Translations under genes and position numbers: made by a program | Shown here: piece by piece, positions 25,820 through 39,254 of the stretch | Layout: each line of letters opens with the position of its first letter | Numbering within the stretch: position 1 is the stretch's first letter | Origin: Octopus vulgaris | Lineage: Eukaryota | Direction: 5' to 3' | DNA length: 64,000 nucleotides | NCBI GenBank assembly: GCA_951406725.2 | Contig: OX597826.1 | Coordinates: forward strand, 42,036,001-42,100,000 | The notes under the pieces: model-generated | The model's input: the letters and a program-made list of their open reading frames with translations, nothing else | Database searches by the model: none | Told to the model about the DNA's origin: nothing

Positions 25820-26850
25820 ATCAAATGTAGAACAGAAAAAAAATATAACATCGGAAAAAAGGACGGTAGCACGACAACGGCAAACAGGACAAAACAAGAT
25901 AGACGGAACATTCGCAGCCAATTGCCTCCTCAGTCGGAACCGGACTGTTTACGTAGTTTTGACCACTTATATCCGGTACTACTCGAAACCGGCTGGATCA
26001 GTGACTTGAGCTAAAAGCATTAAGCGGCTGGGCAAGGCAACCGAATGTACATATACGAAAACAAATAAGTAAACAACTGTGGAGGCCTTTCGACTATCGG
26101 ACGAACGTAACATATGAAATAGAATTATAAATATACAATGGGCAAACGCCTTTCAGCTATACAACAAAAGGAAAATAATTATACAATTATTAAAAAATAA
26201 AACAAAGCAAACAGGATCTTTCGACTATCAGACGAGTGTAGTAAGGTAGCGCAAGGAAAATGGAAATGGAAAAATCTTAGCAGACCGGGCGGCAGGACAG
26301 AACAGAGGTGACCGACTTCAAAGGCGGCCGGCCGAAAAAGGACGAAAATGCCTGAACCGGTCGGTGATCACGTGGTAGGGGAGGGGAGGAGTTGAAGAAG
26401 ACAGAGGGACTAAGGAATAGGAGAGAGGGGAAAGAAATCAGAGTGACCAAACAATGAGAGGAAGGGAGAGAGAAAGAAAAAGGTACAAGGGAGGTAAGTG
26501 AGGAAGGAAAGCAAGATAGATTGAAGAATAAGAGAGAGGGGGAATGGGATAGACGGAGAGGGAAAGAAAGAAAAAGAGAGACAGAGGGAGAGAGAGGAGG
26601 AAGGAATAAGGGAGAAAGGCGAGGAAAAGAGGGTGAGAGTCGTACATAATATCCAAGATGTATGTTTTTTACAAAGTAAATAACAAGTGAGCGAAACTAC
26701 GTAGACATCCTGGACTCCGACTGAAGAGGCAATTGGCTGCGAATGATCCGTTATCTTGTTTTATCCTGTTTGCCGTTGTCGTGCTACCGTCCTGTTTTTC
26801 CACGTGTTTGTGTTTTGACGGTTTCCGTTTCTTGTGTTTTTTCCGTTCTA
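25820..26850. mobile_element. Element with ~150-bp inverted arms around a purine-rich tract, probable PLE 3' end with inverted pLTR
   Basis: GGACGGTAGCACGACAACGGCAAACAGGA (25861) is inverse to TCCTGTTTGCCGTTGTCGTGCTACCGTCC (~26764); purine tract ~26375-26640 resembles the one in 1709-2874. Confidence 0.6.
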
Positions 26851-27679
26851 CACACACACACACACATACGGTAAATGAAAGACGGAAGATGGAACATAAG
26901 AAAACTTTTGTTATTGATAACGACAATTGTTTCGACACATCTAGCATTGATCCCTCTCGGATGGGTCACTTAACAAATGGTTCAGGAGCATCCGGCGGTG
27001 CAGATGTATCTGACCGAGTAATAAATAGATACAGCTCGTTAAAATAACAGTTCTGCAATCTACAGCAAAACGAAGGAAATATCTTCATTTATACAGAAAA
27101 ATAAAATCACAGATGCAAAAAAGAAACGAACAAACAATATATATACACACTGAGAGAGAGGGGGGACACATATAAACATACATAATTAAATGCACACACA
27201 CACACACACATCAAAAAGATTTCAGGATAATGAGATGCAATAACAAAGAGAACATTTATAAATACATTTCTTTTACGTAATAACTAAGAGGTTAACGTTT
27301 CGGGTTGTGATTCGTTGTGAAGAAACAAAGACGAATGGCTTTTAATCAAAAGGGAAAATGTGTCTGGCAGGTAAGGCTGCTTTTTATTTTTCTCTAACTT
27401 TGTAGAGGGAGTGGCATTCAGTAACGATGGTGAAATGAAGAATATCGGTTTATTGAATGAGTTTGCTTTCGAGTGCCTTGTAGATGTGAGGTGCCGGTTT
27501 TTGGTAATGATTGATGCACAGAAGGACGGAAAAAGAAAGCACAACAGCACGTGTTTCGATTGAAGATTATAACGTTTTGGGGGCTAAAGTTTTACTAATG
27601 AACGGAGCGGCTTTTTAGTTTCTATGTGTATGCTTAGCTATGACAAACACACACAAAAAAGTATTTATACATAGACACA

Positions 27680-27889
27680 TACGAGAGGGTGTTGAAAAGT
27701 TTCTGGCCTTAAGGGTATCGCGAAAAGCCTGGCTGGAGACCCAACCTTCCGAGTTCTTTTACAGGACTTACAAAAACTGAAGGACCGTTGCAATAAGTGT
27801 GTGAATATGTTGAATGAAATCATAATTATCTGATCCTCCTGTATTTTCTTTTCCTCAAAACCAGGACCTTTTCAGCACTCTCTCGTGTA
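27680..27889. mobile_element. Mariner-type MITE
   Basis: TIRs TACGAGAGGGTGTTGAAAAGTT / CCTTTTCAGCACTCTCTCGTGTA; homologues at ~30315 and ~53572. Confidence 0.75.
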
Positions 27890-28164
27890 TGAATACACAC
27901 ACACCACACACACCACACACACACACACACTTGTGAACCAAAATTTTCTCAAAAGTTTTTGGTGAAGGAACGACTACATTAGAAATCTCTTAAGTTGTTC
28001 AAGTTGTTCCGTAGAATTGAAATCACAACCTTGTGGTTGCAAATTAATATTTTAGTGACACACCTAATATCGATACCCCCATGATGTTTCATTTCTGTTA
28101 ATCTCGCTAAATGTTTAATCTCGCTAAATATTTATTTTACAATGATTGTAGCATAGAAAACAAC

Positions 28165-28378
28165 ATTGGTTTCAAATTTTGTCACTAGGCCTGAAATTTC
28201 GAAGAAGGGTAAGTCGATTACACTGACCCCAGTACTCGATTGGTACTTATTTCATTGGCCCCGAAAGGATGAAAGCAACGTAGGCCTCAGTGGAATTTGA
28301 ACTCGGGACATAAAGACGGACAAAATGCTGCTAAGAATTTCTCCCGTCGGGCTAACGATTCTGCCAGTTCGCCACCTT
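28165..28378 (-). mobile_element. SINE family B, diverged
   Basis: CCGAAAGGATGAAAG...GGAATTTGAACTC...CTGCCAGTTCGCCACC. Confidence 0.7.
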
Positions 28379-29707
28379 TATGGGAGACACATATTAACCC
28401 CAAAACTGATAATTTCAATTAAGCATTATTTGTTATTTTGTGTCAACGTTATTTTAAAGACATTTATTAAATCAGGCTATTGGCAAGATATAATATATTG
28501 ATAACATACATCCACACACACAGTCAAAGAACTGGCAATCTGAACATTGCCTGGTAGCAGTGTTTGAGTTCCATAAAAGATACTTCTGATTGCATTTTTA
28601 CTAAAGATCCATCTAATTCTATCACAATCCTCAACATCCTAATCATCTCACAGACAACACTTCTTATGCAATACAGTGTGTGCTATATACATTTCAGGTA
28701 ATTTAATGACACTTATATAATTCATGGGACATCCTAATCTTCGGTGTTATGTCTTTAATATACAAATGAATGATGGAATGGCTGGAACGTTATATGCCTT
28801 CTAAATAATGATTTCTCTCCGTCTGAAGAACAGTTACAAAAGACTAATCGAGTCAATATATGCCCATTTGACGGAGCTCACCCTGCGGCAAATATCAACG
28901 AAATCCGCTCCATGCCGCATTTTTCTGTCATAAGGAGAACATGTGATTGAAAGAAGCGATGATTATGACTGTAAAGTCTTTAATCAAAGGTTTCAAATAT
29001 CAAGGTGAATTTAGAACACAAATAAATGAACAAAAATAATAATGCAAAATAAAAAGTTGCTTTGTCGTTGTGGCCTCACGCTCAGGTAGAAAGTAATTTT
29101 GCATACAAACTTGAAGTACACTATGTTTGCAAAATGTTGGCAATGGTTGGGGCGGGGGGAATTGGTGGCCATTATAAACTTAGATTTTGAGAAACATTAA
29201 AAGAAAAAGAACTGAGGTTTGAAAGCTTTGAAGAAAGAGAAACACAGCTGTTGTGTAAAACAGGATGTCTACAAATAACAACATCACACTTCTAGATGCA
29301 GCTGCTGACATGTGATACAGCTTTTAGTGAATCAGCTTGATCTACACAGATGAGCTTTATATGGCAGCAAACACAACTGAAAGCTATATATCTATAATCA
29401 TTCACAAACAGATAGAGTCTGCGAAAAAATAGACAGGCAGATAACGTACATACACACAAATATATGATATATAAGGATCGTATCGCAAGTATTTATATCT
29501 GTAACTAAAACATTGAGCAAACTTTTGAATTAATCTAAAATAATAGTAAAATCTGTGAGGTATATATGGCTAACCACTGAGGGTGGGTGTTACTGTAGCT
29601 TGTAGCCCCAGGAGAACATCGTCTCCAGCTGGCTAGTGACACATTTTCTGTGCCCTATCGGTATTTGCAAAGGGAGGTCATCCTTCCCTCGTCAACCTAA
29701 GTGATAC

Positions 29708-29750
29708 GCACGGACTGCAGTTTCTGGGTCTTGACCCGTCATCAGCGTAC
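29708..29750 (-). ncRNA. Compact type I hammerhead ribozyme
   Basis: Minus strand GTACG CTGATGA C GGGTC-AA-GACCC A GAA ACTGCAGT C CGTGC; palindromic stem III, GUC triplet, C-A mismatch at stem II base. Confidence 0.8.
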
Positions 29751-30259
29751 GACAATCACCGGTTTTCAAATTCTCCAATTTTGATATATTTTCATGAAAC
29801 TGCTGCTTTTATGGTTCGTTTTGGACACCGTCTTTGCTCAAAATCCAAGGCATTGTGCAGACCTAACAGCTTTCATTTAATGTGTTCTTCTCTTCTCGTA
29901 CTTCCTTTTTACTTTTTATATTACATTTAAATTCACTGTGTTGTCACTTCCGCCCGCCTAATTGACTTAGCTTAGCTGGCATAGAAATAACGCTCTAGCA
30001 ATTAATTTTAAAGAAATCAAGATATTTTTCATGTATAGTAAGGTGAACATATAAATTACTCTCATTTTTTTACAGTTTTATGATATTTGATTCCTCTTAG
30101 AAAGTTATTTAATATTTTCAAGTTATTTCCTTTTTGAAAGTTCGTTCCTCTTTTGAAGTTAAGAATGGCTCCATTACTCAACGTCATCATGTATATACAA
30201 AAAGACAAGACGATTCTCTCTCTCTCTCCCTCTCCCTCTTTCCCCTTCTCCCTCTCTCA

Positions 30260-30312
<53 letters not shown>

Positions 30313-30314
30313 CA

Positions 30315-30518
30315 CACAAGGAAGTATAGAAAAGTTCCTGACTTTAAGAGTATCATGGAAGGCCTGGTTGGAAGCCCAACCTTCCAAGTTCTCTTGCAGA
30401 GCTTAGGAAAACTGAAGCACCACTGCAATAAGTGTGTGAATTTGAGAGGGGAATATGTTGGGAGAAATGATAACTGATCCTCCTGTATTCTCTTTTACCC
30501 TAAGCCAGGAACTTTTCA
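30315..30518. mobile_element. Mariner-type MITE, diverged
   Basis: Colinear with 27680-27889 (AAAAGTTCCTG...CCAGGAACTTTTCA). Confidence 0.7.
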
Positions 30519-30702
30519 TATATATATAGCATAGATATACAAATGTTACACTCATACATGGGTACACACATACACACACACACATATGTAAAGGAGGAGA
30601 AAACAGCAGAATAGTGTTCTTAGTTTATACAAGTACAGTATAATATACGTCCATACACACGCATCAGCCGACACACTCACGCATATACAAAACCAAACCT
30701 GC

Positions 30703-30777
<75 letters not shown>

Positions 30778-32609
30778 ATCAACTTGAATGATTCCGGTCA
30801 ATAATCTTTGAAATGCCATAAATGAATGTGTACTTTAGCGAGATTCGAACTCAAACCACTGACTTTGGAAATAGAATGTAGTTCCTTCCATGTTTTGTTT
30901 CCTATATTTCTCCGGTGATGGTTCCTTATAGAGTTGACACCTTTGAGTTCCAATATAAGAGTCTGAAAGACATCAATGTAGTGATGTTCATTCTATTCCA
31001 CAAGAACACTCTTAGTAAAAAGGGGAGCTGGCTTCTCGCGGAAATTGAAACCGTATTGGTTACACAACTCAAGGGAATTCTTACATATTTGCCTATCAAT
31101 ACCAGATATGTTTTAAATTATTGGGTTATGGTCAAGAAAACATGAAGGCTCACTCGTCTAGAAAAAATGTGACATTGTGGTGTGCATCAATTTCCGAAAT
31201 CTGACATCGAAATAAATAACTTGTCAAAGAATTCTTGAGAGCCAACGACCTTAATATCAAGGGGTGATGGGAAGATGGGAACCACCAGGATTACTAGAAA
31301 CATTCAAATGGAAGCTAAACCAATATTTAGACCTATTACAGACCATTACATTTCATGAAGAAAGACCATACCAAAGAGGACCAAAATATTGGTTTTAAAA
31401 GATTCTGATGTCCCAAAGACAGGAAATTTATGAGAAAGACTTGACTTGATATAACAGTTATTATATTGTCGTCCCCGAAGAAGTTAAATGAAAAGACAGT
31501 GGTTTAAGTAACTGAACTCAGGACTTTGGGAGAATATTTCTTGGGTAATAAGAATTTCTTAGATTGACAAAAGAACACACATCATTTGTAGTAGAATAAA
31601 TGGACAAACAGTCTATTTAGACGACTCCACTTAATAACAGTTTTTTTTAATATTTTACCGATCTCTCCCACTACCACAAGAAGAAAAAGCGAAATATTAA
31701 AATTACATTTAATAAGGCGTTACATCGTTACAGGGAAACCATCGTCAGTGTATACAGAAATATTTATTAATTGTAATGAAGTCACGAAGATTTAATAACA
31801 ACGAACTGGGTAACCTACTGATGCGTTGTTTATTTAAGTTTTTGCCTAATTGTTTATTTACGTACACACACACATACATACACATACATATACTCACGCA
31901 TATATATTCATATATATATATATACATACATACACATATGTACGCAAATACTTTATCCATACTTATGCGTGTGTATGTGTGTATACACACTGAGAGGTTT
32001 CGAAAAAAAAGGGTTCGATTTTATTTTTTCTGACATTGAAGGAAGAAGTGTAGAGTGTGATATTTTGAGGGTAGGTCATGGAAATCCGTGACAGAAAGTC
32101 TAGTCTCCAAATACTTGCAACGGAGCAAACTTCGTGAAAGACAACCAAGTTCAAGATCGTGGCATTAAAGCGGGTGGTGTACGTGTTAGATACGCATGTG
32201 CTTCAAAGTACACGACTCAGTATTTTTTACTGAAAGTAAAATTGTTAAAATTTTAAAAAATTTATTATTTAGAAGTTGTTAAAGAATACTTAGAGCTATA
32301 ACAGCATAGTCTAGTAGGTGAAGGAAATTGGCTGAATTCTGAATATATCATACATAGCAGTTACGTAAATGCCGCTTTATCCACGGCATAAGCATAGTTC
32401 ACTATGTTTTGGGATGTGTCTCACCATCCAGTAGACAACATGGCGCACGAGCAGTTATACAGTTGAAAACAACTGGATCGATATAAGGCAAACGGAACTA
32501 ATGTAGGGGATGGAACAAATATGTTATATACGTGTACCTACATTTTCCCTTACTGGAGTTGTTTATTCAAGTTTTTACCTATTTGTTTATTTACGTAAAA
32601 TATACTTAC

Positions 32610-32653
<44 letters not shown>

Positions 32654-32825
32654 AGTGTGTAATATAACCAGTTGAATACTAAGGTCGATGTAATCACCTT
32701 ATACCTTGCCCTAAACTTCACTGCGTTTCATCTAAATTTTTAAAAAAGCATTAACTAATTTAAGAATATATGTATATATACGTACACACACACACATACG
32801 CATACTCACACATACGCATATATGC

Positions 32826-32897
<72 letters not shown>

Positions 32898-33365
32898 GTA
32901 TATAATTATGTGTACATACATACATATAAAAGGATTTTCCTGGATTCAAGAGAATCAGGTACTTAGCAAAGTACTAAGGTCAGGTTGGTGATAGCGTTAT
33001 CGTGCGCAAAAAATATTTAAGGACACGTTCGCGGCCGCGCGCGCGCGTGTGTATACGTGAGTCCGTGCATGTTCTTTGAGCGTATGTTAATTGCTAGGAA
33101 ATTGGGAGGGATTCAGATTCGATTGTCAGTATAATAAATGAAAGCCATACGTTTATTTAATATAAAGCCTTTTTACTATAGATGCAAGGCCTGAAATTTT
33201 TAGGGATGGACTAGTCGATTATATTAACACCTTTGCTCAACTGGTTCTTATTTATCGATCCCGAAAGATAGAAGGCAAACCTCCGTGGAATTTGAACTCA
33301 GAACATATAACGGACGAAATGCCGCTAGAGCATACCAGCTTGCTGCCTTATATGTTTATTTCATA

Positions 33366-33751
33366 TGGAAGCACTCCGTCGGTTACGACGACGAGGGTTC
33401 CGGTTGTCTGAATCAACGGAACAGCCTGCTCGTGAAATTAACGTGTAAGTGGCTGAGCACTCCACATACACGTGTACCCTTAACGTAGTTCTCGGGGATA
33501 TTCAACGTGACACAGAGAGTGACAATGCCGGCCCTTTGAAATACAGGTACAACAGAAACAGGAAGTAAGAGTGAGAGAAAGTTGTGGTGAAAGAGTACAG
33601 CAGGGATCACCACCATCCCCCTGCCGAAGCCTCGTGGAACTTTTAGGTGTTTTCGCTCAATAAACACTCACAACGCCCGGTCTGGGAATCGAAACCGCGA
33701 TCCTATGACCGCGAGTCCGCTGCCCTAACCACTGGGCCATTGCGCCTCCAC
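33366..33751 (-). mobile_element. tRNA-derived SINE family C, full length
   Basis: tRNA-like head with A box TGGCCCAGTGG and B-box-like GTTTCGATTCC, then conserved body shared with 23083-23340. Confidence 0.85.
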
Positions 33752-33777
33752 GTTTTTTTCATATTACACCAAAGAAT

Positions 33778-33990
33778 AAGGTGGTGAGCTGGCAGAATAG
33801 TTAGCACGTCGGGCAAAATGCATAGCGGCTTTTCGTCCATCTTTAAGTTTTGAGATCAAATTCTGCCGAGGTCGACTTCACCTTTTATCCTTTCGGAGTC
33901 GAAAAGATATCCAGTTGAATACTAAGGTCGATGTAATCAACTTACACCTTACCCTAGAAAGTGCCGGCTTTGTACTAAAATTTAAAGCCA
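33778..33990 (+). mobile_element. SINE family B
   Basis: GGTGGTGAGCTGGCAGAATAGTTAGCACGTCGGGCAAAATGC head. Confidence 0.75.
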
Positions 33991-34254
33991 ATCAAGGTAG
34001 GACCGTCTTCGTGAGCGAAGATGTATGAGTTGAGCGCGGCTCCACTTGATAATTCCAGGAACCCTGTTATAGATAAATGTTATAAATATTTGTTTCCTAC
34101 ATTTCACTTACATTTTCTTATTTTTCATTTCACAAAAGTGGCAAACTGGCAGAATTGTTAGGGCCTCGCAATATTTCTGTCAGGCTCAAATCCCGCTGAA
34201 GTCAACTTCATTTTTTAACCTTTCGGGATCGATTAGATAAAGTATCATGTGCTG

Positions 34255-34565
34255 GGGTCTATGGTATAAACTAGATGCCTATAATTGTCACTCGACTGTA
34301 GAGGTTGTATTGCCAAGCTATTCACTTTCAGGTTTTCAGTGGAAGCCACAACTTTTCCATGTTTTATTATCATACATGCACATCTGGACTCAACAAATTT
34401 CATTCCACTGTCTGTAGAAAATTGGGTATTGAGATTCAATTGCATTTTTGTAGTCGATATTTGGCCTATAAAGTTTCAGGTCATCTACAAAGAAAATATA
34501 GGAAATACTTCTGAATCTGTTTCTATGGTCACTATGTTTGTAAGTAGGTATGATAGTGGGGTTTA
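34255..34565 (-). mobile_element. REL-clade (R4/Dong/NeSL-like) reverse transcriptase remnant
   Basis: Translation ISYIFFVDDLKLY, then shifted TQFSTDSGMKFVESRCACMIIKHGKVV...DNYRHL. Confidence 0.75.
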
Positions 34566-35440
34566 ATGATTTTGTCTATTTACTGATATTTGTATTTCTT
34601 TTTCAAAATAGACAATGATCTGCTTGAAAAGTTTGGACACCAATATAGAAATATTCGTATGTAATCTCACTGCACTTTGTAGCTCATCTTTTCCAAAAAT
34701 TGGAACAGTAATTACACACGTTTGAGTATCCGACTGACCACATCGGTCACCATCGTATGTATGTATGTATGCATGTATGTATGTTTGCTTGTTTCTTTGT
34801 ACGTAGGTATGCATTAATGTACTTGGTTCTATGTGTGTATATACGCATACATATGATGCTGTTTTCCTTCTATTTTCCGTTCCTTATTGTCCATTCCCCA
34901 TGTTCGTTATTATTTCAAACTTATAAAGGCTTCTTTATAAACCAGATTTAATAGTTATTCAGTTACAAGATAAACCCATCACTGCGCAGCTGTGCCAACA
35001 GAGCCTTGTACGAGATAAATCCGAAGGACAGAAGCATGTTTACCGCATCCACCCGTTTATCCTGATCATTCTACCCGTTATCTCCAGAAAATCATATGAA
35101 GGAGAGCGAATGATTAACAACAAGCTGAAATACGAGTGTATATTGTTAGTTAGTACGGGGTGAGGTGTTGTTGATATTGTAGTAGTATTAGTATTTGTTA
35201 TTGTTGTTGTTGCTGTTGTTGTTGTTGTGGTGGTGGTGGTGAAGTTATTGATGTTGTTAGTGACATTGCTGGTGTGATGCGACGGGGGGAAAATAAGTGA
35301 AGATAAGAGAAAGTGTCATATAAGTTAGGAAGTGACATTATTATCAAACTGACTGTTTCGGTTGGGTTTTTTAAATGAAATTTAGTAATGGCGACTATGA
35401 CAAGAAAGAGAAAAACAGACAGATGGTTATTATCGTGAAA

Positions 35441-35486
<46 letters not shown>

Positions 35487-35744
35487 GGACGACGACGAGA
35501 AGAGAAATTAGGTGGCTGTCGATGATGGTCAGGATGTTGGTGACGCTGCTGGTCGCAGAGTGCTTGGTCGGGAAAAGTATTCATAATACACAGAATACGT
35601 GAATTCATGGATTATGCCGTCCTTCTGATGCAATAAAACCCTCCAAAGCTGGATGATCAAAGAACGCCAGATATCCAAGTTCACCGTGACCATCAAGGAT
35701 AGTCACCCCCACTGTCGTATTTCTGGCCTATGACATAAAATTTT

Positions 35745-36596
35745 TGTGGAGCAAGGGGCTAGTTGATTACATCAACCCCTAGTACTCAAGTGGTACGTAT
35801 TTTATCGATCTCGAGGGGATGAAAGGCAAGGTTGACTTCGGCGGAATCTGAACTCAGAACGTAATAACGGACGAAACGCCGCTAAGAATTTTGTTCGGCG
35901 TGCAAACGATTCTGCCGGCTCATTAATAATGATCATAATAATTCTTTCTGCTAAAGGAACAAGACCTGAAATTTCGAGGGAAGGGACTACTCGATTACAT
36001 CGACCCCAATGCTGGTACTTATTCCATCGACCTCGAAAGGATGAAAGGCAAAGTCGATTTGAATTCAGAACGCAAATTCGGACGAAATGCCGCTAAGCAT
36101 TTACCCGGCATGCTAACGATTCTTATTTCTTTATTGCCCACAAGGGGCTAAACATAGAGGGGATAAACAAGGACAGACAGAGGGATTGAGTCGATTACAT
36201 CGGCACCAGTGCGTAACTGGTACTTAATTTATCGACCCCGAAAGGATGAAAGACCAAGTCGACCTCAGCGGAATTTGAACTCAGAACGTAACGGCAGACG
36301 AAATACGGAAACGCATTTCGCCCGACGTGCTAACGTTTCTGTCAGCTCGCTGCCCTTAAATACCTATTTCTTTACTACCCACAAGGGGCTAAACACAGAA
36401 GGGACAAACAAGGACAGAAAAACGGATTAAGTCGATTATATCGAGCCCAGTGCGTAACTGATACTTATTTAATCGACCCCGAAAAGATGAAAGTCAAAGT
36501 CGACCTTGGCGGAATTTGAACTCAGAACGTAGCGGCAGATGAAATACCTCCAAGCGTTTCGCCCGGCGTGCTAACGTTTCTGCCAGCTCGCCGCCT
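35745..36596 (-). mobile_element. Cluster of four co-oriented SINE family B copies
   Basis: Repeated GGATGAAAGGCAAAGTCGAC...GAACTCAGAACG blocks at ~35815, ~36040, ~36245, ~36485. Confidence 0.85.
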
Positions 36597-37659
36597 TTGA
36601 TAATAATAATGATAACCACAACAGCATTAACGAGGTTACTGATTTAAAATGATATATTTCAGAAATATGTCAATTTTTTTTTCTAACGCGGCATCAGTAA
36701 AAGAACAAAGAATCTATTCTTAACTGTCTCCTTCCTTGTCTCAAAGTTCATAACCAGTTTATTTTCTATCGTGTTTCTAAAAAAATTCTCAAAAAAATGG
36801 AAGCCAGACACCAAAAGAAAAAAACATACACACACACACACACACAACACACACTGACGTCGTTCTTTTTTCCCTTCTGCTGACTCTGCAGTGTTATTTA
36901 GTATGTGTTAGGGTGATTAAAATAGTTCTTTATTTTAAGTTCACATCACTTCTTTATCATAAGTTGAGTGCTTTATTACAATCTAGCATAACAGATGTTT
37001 ATTCTTTTTTTTTTTCTTCTTTCGTATGGCAAGTACCAGAAAGTCAGAGGTAAGTTCCTGCTAAACTAGCAGAATGCGACTCACTTGGTGCTAGTTCAAA
37101 CCACTTTAGTTGGAAACGAACCATTGAGACGACACCCTTAACATGGTTCCCGTCCTGCTGATAACAGAAGTTAAATTTTCTGAAATCACATCACACCTAC
37201 CGTCTTACAGAAAAGAAACAACATATTGTGCAATGCACTAGAAATACAAATTAAAGAGAAAGTCATGGTTGGGACGGCTGAATACACAGGTTTCCTTAAA
37301 GGGAACTGACATGCGATTAAACAACAACAAACTCTACTTAAGTTCTTTGGGAAAGCATGAAATTCTCTGCGCCCGCTTACCCCATGTTCTGTACTCGGTC
37401 GAGAAGGAAGCTGAACTTGATGGACGCTATGGTTCAGTGATTCTCAACCATTTTCTGCCTATGGACCCCTTTGGTTCCTCTTTTACGCTATTGGACCCTG
37501 ATAGCCATTAGCTGTATATATTTAAAAAAATCTTATTGTACTTTTATAATTAAATATTATTGAGAAGTGTACAGTTCTGTATTTAAGAGATGGGGAATTA
37601 TGTACATTATTTACATTATTTACGTTTGACGGATATTTGTCCTCATCTTGTTTGTTGTT

Positions 37660-37705
37660 AACACAACGTTTTGGCTGATATACCCTCCAGCTTTCATCAG
37701 ATGTC
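37660..37705 (-). ncRNA. Degenerate minimal hammerhead (GAAA mutated to AAAA)
   Basis: GACAT CTGATGA A AGCTG..CAGCC AAAAC GTT GTGTT. Confidence 0.55.
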
Positions 37706-37762
37706 TTGGGAAAATTTCGAACCTGGGCTCTCATTACTAATGTATTTTTCGATGTTGTTGTT

Positions 37763-37838
<76 letters not shown>

Positions 37839-37896
37839 TAACAACAACATCGAAAAATACCTTAGGAATGAGAAGCCAGGTTCGAAATTTCCCCAA

Positions 37897-37934
37897 GACG
37901 CCTGATGAAGGAATATCAGCCGAAACGTTGTGTT
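37897..37934 (+). ncRNA. Minimal hammerhead with a deletion in stem II
   Basis: GACGC CTGATGA AGG..CAGCC GAAAC GTT GTGTT; stem I GACGC/GTGTT. Confidence 0.6.
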
Positions 37935-38008
37935 AACTACAAACAAGATGAGGACAAATATCCGTCAAATGTAAATAATGTAAATAATGTATACATTTTA
38001 CACTTTAC

Positions 38009-38328
38009 ACTTTTACTTGTTTCAGTCATTTGACTGCGGCCATGCTGGAGCACCGCCTTTAATCGAACAACTCGACCCCGGGACTTATTCTTTGTAAGCC
38101 CAGTACTTATTCTATCGGTCTCTTTTGCCGAACCGCTAAGTGACGGGGACATAAACACACCAGCATCGGTTGTCAAGCAATGCTAGGGGGACAAACACTG
38201 ACAAATCCACTCACAAGGCATTGGTCGGCCCGGGGCTATAGTAGAAGACACTTGCCCAAGGTGCCACGCAGTGGGACTGAACCCGGAACCATGTGGTTGG
38301 TAAACAAGCTACTTACCACACAGCCACT
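38009..38328 (-). mobile_element. SINE family A with internal deletion
   Basis: Matches head and tail of 5083-5489. Confidence 0.85.
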
Positions 38329-38593
38329 AATTGTTTTTAAAAAATAAAATGTTTTGAGTGTTGTAGAAGTAAAACAAATTTATGGCACATAGATTTGAGC
38401 AACAAAATCTTGTATGGACCCCACGAGTCATATGAACCCCTGTTGGGAACCACTTCTAGAGATAGAGGACTATTATAGCAGTAACTCTACTGTTTGCATT
38501 TTATACAACAGACGTCCCTGAGTATTCCTACATGTTACTCTTCCAGTGGCTGACTTCTATGCAAGATCAGAACTGTCTATAGTGGGGGAGATG

Positions 38594-39254
38594 GGATCTT
38601 TTCCTTTTGAACGGCAGATGTCAATACAATTTCTAGTTAACTAAACACTTTTAAACTTCGTATACTGGTAGAATGTGTTTATGAAACATCATTTTCTCTT
38701 GGTTTTATTGAGAAAATTCTATAGTTTGTAAGATATTTCGTCTGAAAATCCGAGCATTTCGGCAATTTTAACCAATCGATTACTTCCATTCAACTAAAAT
38801 CATTTGCTGCGTCTAAAACTTAGACAACATCCTGTAACTAACCCTAAACCTCCCTCTAACCCTAACCCTAACCCTAATTTTTTTTTCTCAATTGTTAAAT
38901 TAATTTAATTCCATTACTTTAGTTTTTTTTACACACGTAACAATTAAATTAATTTAACAATTAAGAAAAAAAATTTAGGGTTAGGGTTAGGGTTAGGGTT
39001 AGGGTTAGGGAGGAGGTTTAGGGTTAGTTACAGGATGTTGTCTCAGTTTTAGATGCAGCAAATGATTTTAGCTCAAAAGAGAGCATAGGATTGGTTAAAA
39101 TTCGAAAATTAAACTACGTTAAACAAACAAATTACAATTTTCTCAAGAAAGCCAAGAGAAAAAAATGTTTTATTTTGACACATTCTACCAGTATACGAAG
39201 TTTTAAAGTGTTTAGTTAACTAGAAATTGTCTGCCGTTCAAAAGGAAAAGATCC
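38594..39254. mobile_element. Foldback MITE with 8-bp TSD (Merlin-like) carrying telomeric repeats
   Basis: TIR GGATCTTTTCCTTTTGAACGGCAG; GGGAGATG duplicated at 38586-38593 and 39255-39262; (CCCTAA)n ~38839-38877 and (TTAGGG)n ~38975-39024. Confidence 0.85.

Larger units (their letters stand above)
37598..37995. mobile_element. Inverted pair of HHR-bearing arms flanking a central (AAT)n
   Basis: ~37600-37764 is the reverse complement of ~37840-37995; (AAT)n in the middle. Confidence 0.8.

Noticed and set aside
26915-27050. Minus-strand GAAACAATTGTC hammerhead half
   Set aside because: No intact CUGANGA core or stem I; at best a decayed copy.
30915-31560. Possible degraded coding region
   Set aside because: Many stops and no recognisable motif.
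33670-33751. tRNA gene
   Set aside because: The tRNA-like head continues into a shared SINE body; no proper cloverleaf ending or terminator.
38839-39024. Telomere or chromosome-fusion scar
   Set aside because: Repeats are short, lie inside a TSD-flanked foldback element, and are in the opposite order to an end-to-end fusion.
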